The notes beneath the pieces are model-generated. The model did no database searches. It saw nothing but the letters and a program-made list of their open reading frames with translations, and was not told where the DNA came from. Positions 27,229 through 35,847 of a DNA stretch of 64,000 nt are shown one piece after another (position 1 is the first letter of the stretch; every line of letters begins with the position of its first letter). A program made the position numbers and the translations under genes. This stretch comes from Longimicrobiales bacterium (lineage in GTDB: Bacteria; Gemmatimonadota; Gemmatimonadetes; Longimicrobiales; Gaopeijiaceae). The stretch is from positions 1,984,001-2,048,000 of the forward strand of contig CBDFMQ010000002.1 of assembly GCA_965249725.1 (NCBI GenBank), in the 5' to 3' direction.

Positions 27229-29904
27229 CTACTCCGCTCGCAGAGCGTCGACGGGATCGACCGCCGCAGCCTTCAGCGCCGGAACGAGCGACGACCCGAC
27301 GGCCGCGAGGAGCAGGACCGCAGCCACCCCGCCAAAGGTCGTCGGATCCAGCGGAGACACTCCGTACAACAGGCCGGAGAGCACACGCGAAAGCCCGACG
27401 GCAATCGCCACCCCGGCAACCACACCCAACCCCGCCATCGACAGCGCTTCGCCGACGACCCCGGACAACACCTGGCGTCGCCCCGCTCCCAACGCGAGCC
27501 GCAGCCCGATCTCGTGCGTCCGCCGGGCGACCTGGTACGACACCACTCCGTGAATGCCTGCCGTGGCGAGCACGAGCGCCAGAAGGGCGAAGACACCGAA
27601 CAGCCCCGCGGCGAAGCGGTCCCGGGCGATCGTCTCGGACATCCGTGACTCGAGCGTCGTCAGCCGATAGAGGGGGAACTTGGGGTCGAGGTCGGCGACG
27701 GCGCTTCGAACGTCGGCCGCCACGCTGACCCCTTCGGCACTCCGCACCACGACCGTCAGATAGCCGAACACGTACTCCGCTTGAGCGAGAGGCACGAACA
27801 TCTGCGCGCGGGGTGCCACGCTGAGTCCGGCGTGACGAGTGTCTCGGACCACCCCCACCACCCTCCACGGCACGTTGTTCACGTAGAACACGGTAATGCT
27901 CCGCCCCACCGCCTCCTGACCCGGCCACAACTGCTCGGCAAAGGTCTCGCTGATCAGAATCACCCGCTCGGCGTCTCCCCGATCGAACCGGGTGAATCCC
28001 CGCCCCCTGACGATCTCCATCCCCATCGCGTCGAAATACCCCGGAGAGACGATGCGGTAGTCGGTCTGCGGAAGCTCCCCCTCGGGCACGGAGGGTTGCC
28101 CGTCGAACCAGTATGGGAGATCGAAGTCGATCCCTGCCGGATCCATCGGAAGCGTCGTCGTCACACCGGCCGCCTGGATGCCCGGGGTCTCGCTCAGACG
28201 ATCCAGAAGCGTCTCGAAGTACCTGATGCGGTCCTCGTTCGCCGGATACGCCTGGTTCGTGAGATTCACGGCGCCGAGGATGACCCCCTCCGGGTCGAAA
28301 CCGGGGTCGACCGCGCGCAGCTCCATGAAGCTCCGGGCGAGGAGGCCCGCGCCCACCAGAAGTACGAGGGACACGGCCACCTCACCCGCGACGAGAAGCC
28401 GGCGTGCGGAGCGCCGTGCCGTACCGCCTCGGGATCGGCCCTCCCGCAGAGCGTCTCCCGCGTTGCCGCGAGAGGCACACACGGCCGGGGAGAGCCCGAA
28501 GAGCACCCCGGTGAACACGGCGGTCCCCAGGGCGAAAAGCAGGACACGGAGGTCGACACCCACTTCGGCGACACGAGGCAAGTCACCCGGCTCCAACGCC
28601 AAGAAGGCACGCACGCCCTGAAAGGCCAGCAGCACCCCCACGGCCCCACCGAGTAGGCCGATCACCAGGCTCTCGGTGAGAAGCTGCTGTCCGATGCGCC
28701 GGCGACTGGCCCCGATCGCGGTGCGGACCGCGATCTCCTGAGACCGATACGCCGCCCGGCCCAGCATGAGGTTCGCCACATTGGCACACGCGATGAGAAG
28801 CACGAACCCGACAGCCCCGAAGATGATCATGAGAATCTTCGGGGCGTCTCCTACCGTTTGCTCGTGAGCCGAAACCAGATCGACCGTCCACCCGCCGTTG
28901 GACTCGGGGTGTCGTAGAGCGATGCCTGACGCAACCCGGTTCATGTCGGCTTCGGCCTCCTCGATCGAGACCTCGGCCGCGAGCCTGCCCATGACCGTCA
29001 GGTTGCGGGTCTGCCGATGGTGGTCCGGATCGGCCCAGTCCGACGGGACCCACACGTCCACGGCGGCACGGGGCACGTCGAAAGTGGCCGGCATGACTCC
29101 GACGATCTCGAGGCCGATGTCGTTGAGCACCAGACTGCGGCCCAGGGCATCCGGGCGCCCTTCGAAGGCACGCTCCCAAAGGCGTTGGCTGATGATGGCC
29201 ACGTTCGGGCCACCCGTCACACCCTCCTCGCGTGTGAATGTCCGCCCCAACATCGGGTCCACGCCGAGAAGCGGAAGGAGGTCCCACGACACGTGAGCGA
29301 TCGATACGACCTCCGGTTGATCGAGGCTGGAGAGTGTCATGGACCCGTCCAGCCATGCCGCCATCCCGGCGAAGCTCCGGTTTTCCCGTTTCCAGTCCTC
29401 GAAGTTGGGCGGCGACGGATTGTCGGCTGTTATGTCCTGAGACAGCTGCTGCTCCCAGATCATCACGAGCCGATCCGGCTCATGGAACGGGAGCGGCCTG
29501 AAGACCACCCCGTCCACGACCGAGAAGATGGCCGTAGTAGCCCCGATCCCGAGGCCTATCGTAAGCACGGCGACGAAAGCGAATCCGGGGTATCTGCGCA
29601 GCGTTCGAAGCGCATACCGCACGTCCTGGAGAATCACACCCATCCGCTCCACCCTCCTCTCCCTGGTGATCCGATCCTTCGAGATCTGTCGGCACTCCGA
29701 GGCCACACCGTCCAGATGCCCGAAGTGCCTGAGCACCTCGGCCCGGGCCTCATCTCGGTCCCAACCCTCGGACACCAGCTCGTCGATGCGGCCTTCGACG
29801 TGGAAGGCGAGCTCCGCATCGAGATCCTGGTCCAACTGAGGTCGTGGCCGAATGATCCGGCGCACCTCGGCCCAGCCGCGCCAACCCGCGCGCTTCGGGG
29901 TCAC
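27229..29904 (-). CDS. ADOP-type duplicated MacB/FtsX-like ABC permease with N-terminal prefix domain
   Basis: LDAELAFHVE prefix, QDVRYALRTL, LLIACANVANL, EIAVRTAIGA and EIGLRLALGA. GTGA coupling to PadR. Confidence 0.92.
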   Translation of the reverse strand: MTPKRAGWRGWAEVRRIIRPRPQLDQDLDAELAFHVEGRIDELVSEGWDRDEARAEVLRHFGHLDGVASECRQISKDRITRERRVERMGVILQDVRYALRTLRRYPGFAFVAVLTIGLGIGATTAIFSVVDGVVFRPLPFHEPDRLVMIWEQQLSQDITADNPSPPNFEDWKRENRSFAGMAAWLDGSMTLSSLDQPEVVSIAHVSWDLLPLLGVDPMLGRTFTREEGVTGGPNVAIISQRLWERAFEGRPDALGRSLVLNDIGLEIVGVMPATFDVPRAAVDVWVPSDWADPDHHRQTRNLTVMGRLAAEVSIEEAEADMNRVASGIALRHPESNGGWTVDLVSAHEQTVGDAPKILMIIFGAVGFVLLIACANVANLMLGRAAYRSQEIAVRTAIGASRRRIGQQLLTESLVIGLLGGAVGVLLAFQGVRAFLALEPGDLPRVAEVGVDLRVLLFALGTAVFTGVLFGLSPAVCASRGNAGDALREGRSRGGTARRSARRLLVAGEVAVSLVLLVGAGLLARSFMELRAVDPGFDPEGVILGAVNLTNQAYPANEDRIRYFETLLDRLSETPGIQAAGVTTTLPMDPAGIDFDLPYWFDGQPSVPEGELPQTDYRIVSPGYFDAMGMEIVRGRGFTRFDRGDAERVILISETFAEQLWPGQEAVGRSITVFYVNNVPWRVVGVVRDTRHAGLSVAPRAQMFVPLAQAEYVFGYLTVVVRSAEGVSVAADVRSAVADLDPKFPLYRLTTLESRMSETIARDRFAAGLFGVFALLALVLATAGIHGVVSYQVARRTHEIGLRLALGAGRRQVLSGVVGEALSMAGLGVVAGVAIAVGLSRVLSGLLYGVSPLDPTTFGGVAAVLLLAAVGSSLVPALKAAAVDPVDALRAE

Positions 29905-30248
29905 CCGGCTCGCTCCACCGTCACCTCGAGGACTCTGGACACGGCCTCGGTGTGTCGCACCCAGCTCTCTACGGCCGAAGTGAGGTATTTCTCTCCGGCG
30001 GGTGTCATCTCGTAGAACTTCGCACGCCGATTCTGGTCCGATATGCCCCAGCGAGCCCGGAGCTTCCCGTCCCGCTCCAAGCGATGGAGCGCCGGATAGA
30101 GTGTGCCTTCCTCGATGTTGAGGACCTCTCGCGTCTGGGCGTGGATGCATCGAGCGATCCCCAGCCCGTGCAGCGGCCCTTCAGCCAGAGTCTTGAGGAT
30201 GAGCAAGTTCAGTGTGCCGTACAGCGCTGACGCGTCGGATCTGGTCAC
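29901..30248 (-). CDS. PadR family transcriptional regulator
   Basis: GTLNLLILKTL, HGLGIA, EEGTLYPALHRLE and NRRAKFY. Confidence 0.93.
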   Translation of the reverse strand: MTRSDASALYGTLNLLILKTLAEGPLHGLGIARCIHAQTREVLNIEEGTLYPALHRLERDGKLRARWGISDQNRRAKFYEMTPAGEKYLTSAVESWVRHTEAVSRVLEVTVERAG

Positions 30249-30254
30249 GGTTAG

Positions 30255-30316
30255 CCTAAGCTGCTTAGGTAAACAGGGCAGGTGACGATACGGCTCCGTT
30301 ACCTAACCTGTCAAGG
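30255..30316. promoter_or_regulatory. Candidate PadR autoregulatory operators
   Basis: Perfect palindrome CCTAAGC-T-GCTTAGG (30255-30269) just upstream of the padR start, and a degenerate copy CCTAACC-T-GTCAAGG (30302-30316). Confidence 0.6.
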
Positions 30317-30367
30317 TGAGCACGACTCCTTGGACTTCGGGAGCGCGTGAAGGGTTGGAACGCCCTG

Positions 30368-31096
30368 CTAGATCCTCTGCAACACCCACTCGGGCGTGAA
30401 GCGCACCAGGTACGTGCTCAGGATCGTGAACGAGCCCGTCGCCAGCAGTATCCCCAGGATGATGAGCATCACCCCCGAGGCCTTCTCGACGATCGGCAGG
30501 AAGCGCCGGAACCTCGAGAACGCGCCCAGGAAGAAGTCCAACGCCAGGGCGGAAATCAGGAACGGAATCGCCAGGCCGAGGGAATACACGCTGAGGAGTA
30601 TCACCCCGGACCACACGGTGTCCTGAGTGCCGGCCAAGGTGAGGATGGCCCCGAGGACCGGACCGATGCACGGCGTCCAGCCTGCGCCGAAGGCGGCCCC
30701 TACACCCAGGGTGCCTATGTAACCCGCCGGCTTGTCGTTCACCTGGACCCGTCGCTCGCGCATGAGCGGAGCGATGCGGAAGATGCCGGTCAGGTGAAGG
30801 CCCAGAATGAAGACGAGAACGCCGCCGATGCGGGCGATCCACACCTCGTAGACACGCAGGAACACTCCCAAGAAGGAGGCCGAGGCACCGAGCGTGATGA
30901 AGATGATGCTGAAGCCCGCCACAAACAGCAGTGAGTGCATGAGGGTGGCTTTGCGATCCACCCCCTCCTGGAGGTCCTCCAGGGACATCCCAGTGACGAA
31001 CGACAAGTAGCTCGGTACCAGGGGCAGCACGCACGGGGACAGGAATGAGAAGATCCCGGCCATGAGAGCAACGAGAATTCCAACCGAATCGGTCAT
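30368..31096 (-). CDS. ccdA: Cytochrome c biogenesis protein CcdA
   Basis: SFLSPCVLPLVP and GWTPCIGPVL; six TM helices. Confidence 0.93.
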   Translation of the reverse strand: MTDSVGILVALMAGIFSFLSPCVLPLVPSYLSFVTGMSLEDLQEGVDRKATLMHSLLFVAGFSIIFITLGASASFLGVFLRVYEVWIARIGGVLVFILGLHLTGIFRIAPLMRERRVQVNDKPAGYIGTLGVGAAFGAGWTPCIGPVLGAILTLAGTQDTVWSGVILLSVYSLGLAIPFLISALALDFFLGAFSRFRRFLPIVEKASGVMLIILGILLATGSFTILSTYLVRFTPEWVLQRI

Positions 31097-32718
31097 CTAT
31101 TTTCCTGGTCGTGCCTCAGTGGTGAGCTCGATCCTTCGTCGTCCCTGCCCTCTTCAGCCGAATATCGTGCGCGCATTCGGTGCCATACCGCCCGAACGCC
31201 CGTAACCAGTCCGAGCCAGAGCAGCACGAAGGCTCCGGCCCACCCGAACACTCGAGGAAAGAACCCGACCACAGCGGCGGACGCGATGGCTATGACCGAT
31301 ACCGTCCCTAGGATCGTCCGGTCCTCTCGCCCCAACGTACGGTGACCCGCCAGAGCGCCTCCGAAGGACGCACCAGCCCGTACCAAGTGAGCGAGCCGCC
31401 AGGGCCTCGTACTTCCGGTCTCCATCAGGGCCTCGAGCCGTTCGGTCAGGCCGCCCTCCGGCTCGAGGGGCGTCTGAGGAATCTCGGTGAGCGAAGGTAA
31501 CGGATGGTCCCGCGCGACCTTCGGTATGCGGCGACTCCCCGGGAGCACGATTTCGGATGAAGACGCCAGGTCCGCGAGAAACAGGCCCTCGAGTTGCCCG
31601 GCGAGCGACGCATCCATAACGCCGACGTCGATCTCCCAGTTCCCCAGTAGACTCCACGCATTCAGGTTGCTGGAGCCGACACGACACCAGAGACCGTCGG
31701 CCACGGCGCTCTTCGCGTGGATCATCGGACCCTGCCACTCGAACAGGCGAACGCCGTGGTCGAGAAGATAGCGGTAGCCGGCCCTCGACAAACTCCCGAC
31801 GAGCGGCCAGTTGTTGTTCGCCGGCACCAGCAATCGGACGTCCACGCCCGCACGCGCCGCTTCGGTCATGGCTTCAGCCACGATGCCCGGGGCCACGAAG
31901 TATGGGTCGGTAATCCAGAGCCGCTCCTGAGCCATCGCGGCCACCAGGGAGAGCGTCCTCATCACCCGACTTCGGCGAGGCTCGCCCTCGATGAGCCAGA
32001 CCGAAGTGTCCCCCCCGGCGGGGGCCTTCGGCCCCTCCAGGACGTGGCTCGGGAGCGGATCACCCATCACGTCCCAGATACGTCCGAACGCGCGCGCAGC
32101 CACCTCGGCAGCGGGCCCACGGATCTCCACCCCGGTGTCGCGCCATGGAGGCTCGTTGCTCGTGCCTGCCCATTCCTGTCCCACACAGAAACCTCCGGCG
32201 AAGGCCACCTCACCATCTACGACCACGAGCTTGCGGTGATCTCGCTGGAAGATGCCGTAGGGGTCTCGGAGCGAGGGACGGTTGAAGGCCCGAACCTCCA
32301 CACCGGCCTGTCGGTAGGGCCTCCAGTAGCGCCGAGGTGTCGCCCAGCAACCCACCCAGTCGTAGAGGACACGGACCTCGACCCCCTGGCGCGCTTTCTC
32401 GATCAGGGCGTCCCTGAACACGTGCCCCACCGGGTCGTTGCGGAGGATGTAGTTCTCGAAGTGTACGTAGCGCTCGGCACCCTCGATGGCCTCGATCCAA
32501 GCGTCGAAGGTGAACGGCCCGTCGAATTGGAGCCCCACCGAGTTGCCGGCGATCTCGGGCGACCCGGTCGCCCGGGTGAGCATGTTCGGACTCAGGTTCT
32601 CCAGCCCCTCTCGTTTTGAGACGGGGGGCTGCGGCTCGGACGGGGCCAACGCGTCACCCGTCACGGGGACGGGGCGTTCCGGGGTCGAGGAGATCGAGCT
32701 GTCTTCTGGTGGCTTCAT
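31093..32718 (-). CDS. Phospholipase D family cardiolipin synthase-like protein
   Basis: Two HKD motifs (HRKLVVVD, HAKSAVAD), WRDT, PYFV and GSSNL. Hydrophobic C-terminal extension. Confidence 0.88.
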   Translation of the reverse strand: MKPPEDSSISSTPERPVPVTGDALAPSEPQPPVSKREGLENLSPNMLTRATGSPEIAGNSVGLQFDGPFTFDAWIEAIEGAERYVHFENYILRNDPVGHVFRDALIEKARQGVEVRVLYDWVGCWATPRRYWRPYRQAGVEVRAFNRPSLRDPYGIFQRDHRKLVVVDGEVAFAGGFCVGQEWAGTSNEPPWRDTGVEIRGPAAEVAARAFGRIWDVMGDPLPSHVLEGPKAPAGGDTSVWLIEGEPRRSRVMRTLSLVAAMAQERLWITDPYFVAPGIVAEAMTEAARAGVDVRLLVPANNNWPLVGSLSRAGYRYLLDHGVRLFEWQGPMIHAKSAVADGLWCRVGSSNLNAWSLLGNWEIDVGVMDASLAGQLEGLFLADLASSSEIVLPGSRRIPKVARDHPLPSLTEIPQTPLEPEGGLTERLEALMETGSTRPWRLAHLVRAGASFGGALAGHRTLGREDRTILGTVSVIAIASAAVVGFFPRVFGWAGAFVLLWLGLVTGVRAVWHRMRARYSAEEGRDDEGSSSPLRHDQENR

Positions 32719-32737
32719 CGAGACCCTTGCCGGCGGG

Positions 32738-33724
32738 CTATCGCCCACCTTCGAAGCGGTACCCAATGAGCTTATACACCAGCTTGGCCACCAAGAAGTC
32801 CGGCGCGTGCACTCCGGGCGTCGGAGCCAGCTCTACGACATCACAGGCGACGACGGTCCGTTCACGGAAGACTCGCCTCAGGAAGCGGAGGGTGCGATAC
32901 CAATCCCCTCCCCCCGGCTCCGGAGTCCCCGTCGACGGCACCAGGGAAGGATCGAAATAGTCCACGTCGAAGGTCAGGTAGACCGGGTCGCCCAAAGCCG
33001 AGAGGGCACGATCCATCCAGGTGTCGTCCTCCCACATCTCGTCGGCCCAAATCAGGGTGACCCCATCGTTCGTGTCGGCTACCCGGACCTCTTCTTCACT
33101 CACCCCACGTACACCCACGGAGACCAGATCCGCCACATCGAGGATCCGCGCCATGGCGCAAGCGTGTGAGTAGGCCGACCCCTCGAACTCGGCTCGAAGG
33201 TCGGCGTGGGCATCGAGCTGAAGAACGCTGAGCCGTCCGACCCGTGCAGCCTGAGCTCGGATGGCCGGGGATGACACGGTGTGTTCCCCGCCGAGCATGA
33301 CCAGGAAGCGGTCCTGCACCGTTTCGGCCATTCGAGCATACGCCGCTCCGAGTTCAGCCATGGCGGCCGGGGCTCCATCGCGGCTCAACTCCAGGGCAGG
33401 AAGCGTGTGAATACCCACCGTCGAGGGGTCCGTCTCGAGTTCCTGATCGTAGAGCTCGATGTACCGAGAGGCCTCGACGATAGCAGCGGGTCCGCTCCTT
33501 GCGCCGCCCCCATAGCTGGTCGTGGTTTCGTAGGGGACCGGCAGGATCACGGCCTTTGACCGGCCGAAATCCGTCGCCTCTTCGTCGAGGCCGAGGAAGG
33601 TGTGCGGCAGCTCCCAGGGGAGGTCCGAGATGCCGGGAGGCAACGACCCCGGCTGATTGGCATCGCGCTCAGGCTCGAAGCCCCGGCCGGGCGTCTGAGA
33701 GGATCGACGGTTGGGCATGGTCAT
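32738..33724 (-). CDS. speB: Agmatinase (ureohydrolase)
   Basis: GGEHTVS, DAHADLR, DVDYFDP, TGTPEPGG and DVVELAP. Confidence 0.9.
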   Translation of the reverse strand: MTMPNRRSSQTPGRGFEPERDANQPGSLPPGISDLPWELPHTFLGLDEEATDFGRSKAVILPVPYETTTSYGGGARSGPAAIVEASRYIELYDQELETDPSTVGIHTLPALELSRDGAPAAMAELGAAYARMAETVQDRFLVMLGGEHTVSSPAIRAQAARVGRLSVLQLDAHADLRAEFEGSAYSHACAMARILDVADLVSVGVRGVSEEEVRVADTNDGVTLIWADEMWEDDTWMDRALSALGDPVYLTFDVDYFDPSLVPSTGTPEPGGGDWYRTLRFLRRVFRERTVVACDVVELAPTPGVHAPDFLVAKLVYKLIGYRFEGGR

Positions 33725-33770
33725 CTCACCCGCAAATGGACGGTATCCCTCACCGCCCTGTAGGGTGCGA

Positions 33771-34271
33771 CTATAGAGTCTCGATGGGGCACGCCAGCCC
33801 CTCGGGTGTGAGTGCGATCCCAGCCTCTGAGCACTCCTTGCACAGGCCGTAGATCTCGAGTTTGTGGCGGGACGGACGGAAGCCATGCCGTGCCGTTACC
33901 ATCGCCTCGATCCGGTGAATATCGGGGCTCTGGAACTCGAGGACCTTGCCGCAGTTGAGGCAGATGAGATGCTCGTGAATGGGCTCCGGCGAGAGGCGAT
34001 GCTCATACCGCTTGAAGCCCTCTCCGAAGTCATGCTCGGCGACCAGCTTGCTCTTCACGAGAAGGTCCAGCGTCCGATAAATAGTCGCCTTTCCGATCCG
34101 CTGCCCGGTGGAACGAAGCACCCGCTCGATCTCATCGACGGAGAGATGTTCGTCCGAACCGAACACGACCTTGGCCACGGCCTCCCGTTGATGTGTCACG
34201 GGCAGCCCCTGCTCCCTCAGATACCGTCCGAAGAGACGGACAAAGGGTGAGGGGTCGTGGAGTGTCTTCAC
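33771..34271 (-). CDS. Fur family transcriptional regulator
   Basis: HLSVDE, ATIYRTLDLL, HEHLICLNCG and GLCKEC. Confidence 0.92.
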   Translation of the reverse strand: MKTLHDPSPFVRLFGRYLREQGLPVTHQREAVAKVVFGSDEHLSVDEIERVLRSTGQRIGKATIYRTLDLLVKSKLVAEHDFGEGFKRYEHRLSPEPIHEHLICLNCGKVLEFQSPDIHRIEAMVTARHGFRPSRHKLEIYGLCKECSEAGIALTPEGLACPIETL

Positions 34272-34687
34272 GTGTCTGTACTCTCCAGGAGTTCCGGATC
34301 GAACTCTGACATGAACTCCCGAAACTTTCCAGGGTCACCGGCGATTTCGATCGTCCGGGGCTCGCCGAGATCAACCTCGCTTCTCCGTACTACCCCAGTC
34401 ATGACGCGGGGGAGCCGATCCGGCGGCGCCTCACCTTCCTCGGCCATCCCGGCATCTACGGTCAGGCTGGTCCCGGATCTCTCCGCGGTGTACTGGGCCG
34501 TATAAAGGCGCCTCGTGCCCCCGTCGGCAAAACAACTAGCGGCCACCAGCCCCCACTCCTTCCGCCCTCGAATCAACGGAGGAAAGACCCAAAGGCGGTC
34601 GATCTCGCCCTCGCCCAAGCTGCGAGCAACCAACTGCAGCGTTCTCGGAATGGCCTCGGGCACTCCCGGACCACGGTTATCCTTCAC
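34268..34687 (-). CDS. Hypothetical protein
   Basis: 139-aa ORF with GGAG RBS and GTGA coupling to the fur gene. Confidence 0.65.
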   Translation of the reverse strand: MKDNRGPGVPEAIPRTLQLVARSLGEGEIDRLWVFPPLIRGRKEWGLVAASCFADGGTRRLYTAQYTAERSGTSLTVDAGMAEEGEAPPDRLPRVMTGVVRRSEVDLGEPRTIEIAGDPGKFREFMSEFDPELLESTDT

Positions 34688-34766
34688 CCGGTGTCTCCAC
34701 GTTAGATGCTAGGTGACGCCTTTGCAGCGGCACCGCTCGATGGCGCGTCTTACGGCGCCGCTTATC

Positions 34767-35792
34767 TTACCCCTCAGAGCCCAATAGCTCCACGGCAGTG
34801 ATGGTTGCGGCGACCACGTCACTCCGCACCTGCTCCAGTCCGCCCTCGACCAGCGCACCGGAAGCCCGGACATGGCCACCACCGCCAAAGCGACGGGCAA
34901 GCGCATTCACGTCCACGTTGCCGTTTGAGCGGAACGAGACCTTGATGCCACCCTTCGCCGTGGACCGGAACAAGAGCCCCACCTCGATGCCCTCCACGGT
35001 GCGTGGGTAGTCCACCAACCCCTCGATGTCGTCGGCGGTAGCACCCAGCCTCTGGTAGTCCTCCGACGGCACGGTCATCCACGCTACACCCGACTCGGAG
35101 TCGACCTCGAGCTCCCCGAGCGCGCTCCGCAACAGCATCAGCCGACGATGTGGCGAGCTTCCGTAGACCCTGCGATACATCACCTCCGGACTGACACCCC
35201 GCCGAACCAACTCGGCGGCGATGTTGTGGCTGGCCGGGTTGGAGTTGCTGAACCGGAACGAGCCCGTATCCGTGAGGATCGCCACATACATGGCCGGATC
35301 CGCGTCGGACGGCCAGGGGCCGCCAGCGGCCAGGATGATGTCGAAGACGAGTTCGCCGGTCGCACACGCGGTCGCATCGCGGAACGAGACCCCTTGGATC
35401 GGTTGATCCCCCCGTGGATGGTGGTCGACCACAACGGTCGGGAGCCGTTCGATGAGCGGCTTCACGCGTCCGATGCGTGGCACCTCACCGGTGTCCAACA
35501 CGACTGCGACGTCCGCCTCCTCACAGAGGTCTTGAGTCGCCGGTGCCGCGGGATCCAATACCCACGATTCGTCTGGAACGACAAACGCGAGGGACTTCGG
35601 CACCGGAGTCGGATTGACGATATGAGCCTGGGTGCCTCTGGCGCGCAGCCAGGCCGCCAGAGCGACCTCGGAGCCCACGCCGTCTCCGTCCGAGTTGATG
35701 TGCGTGGTGAGGACTGCCGTCTCACACCCGTCCAACGCCTCCAGAACCGCGGTGATGTCCGCCGATCTGGATTCTGGAGTCTGGTAGGTCAT
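34767..35792 (-). CDS. nrnA: DHH/DHHA1 phosphoesterase (NrnA-like oligoribonuclease / pAp phosphatase)
   Basis: HINSDGDGVGS, VDHH, TDTGSFRFSN, KVSFRS and GGGGHVRASG. Confidence 0.9.
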   Translation of the reverse strand: MTYQTPESRSADITAVLEALDGCETAVLTTHINSDGDGVGSEVALAAWLRARGTQAHIVNPTPVPKSLAFVVPDESWVLDPAAPATQDLCEEADVAVVLDTGEVPRIGRVKPLIERLPTVVVDHHPRGDQPIQGVSFRDATACATGELVFDIILAAGGPWPSDADPAMYVAILTDTGSFRFSNSNPASHNIAAELVRRGVSPEVMYRRVYGSSPHRRLMLLRSALGELEVDSESGVAWMTVPSEDYQRLGATADDIEGLVDYPRTVEGIEVGLLFRSTAKGGIKVSFRSNGNVDVNALARRFGGGGHVRASGALVEGGLEQVRSDVVAATITAVELLGSEG

Positions 35793-35847
35793 AGACCGAT
35801 CGTGAAAGGGACGTGGCGCGACCCGCTGTACCTCTTTCGACCGCCCT

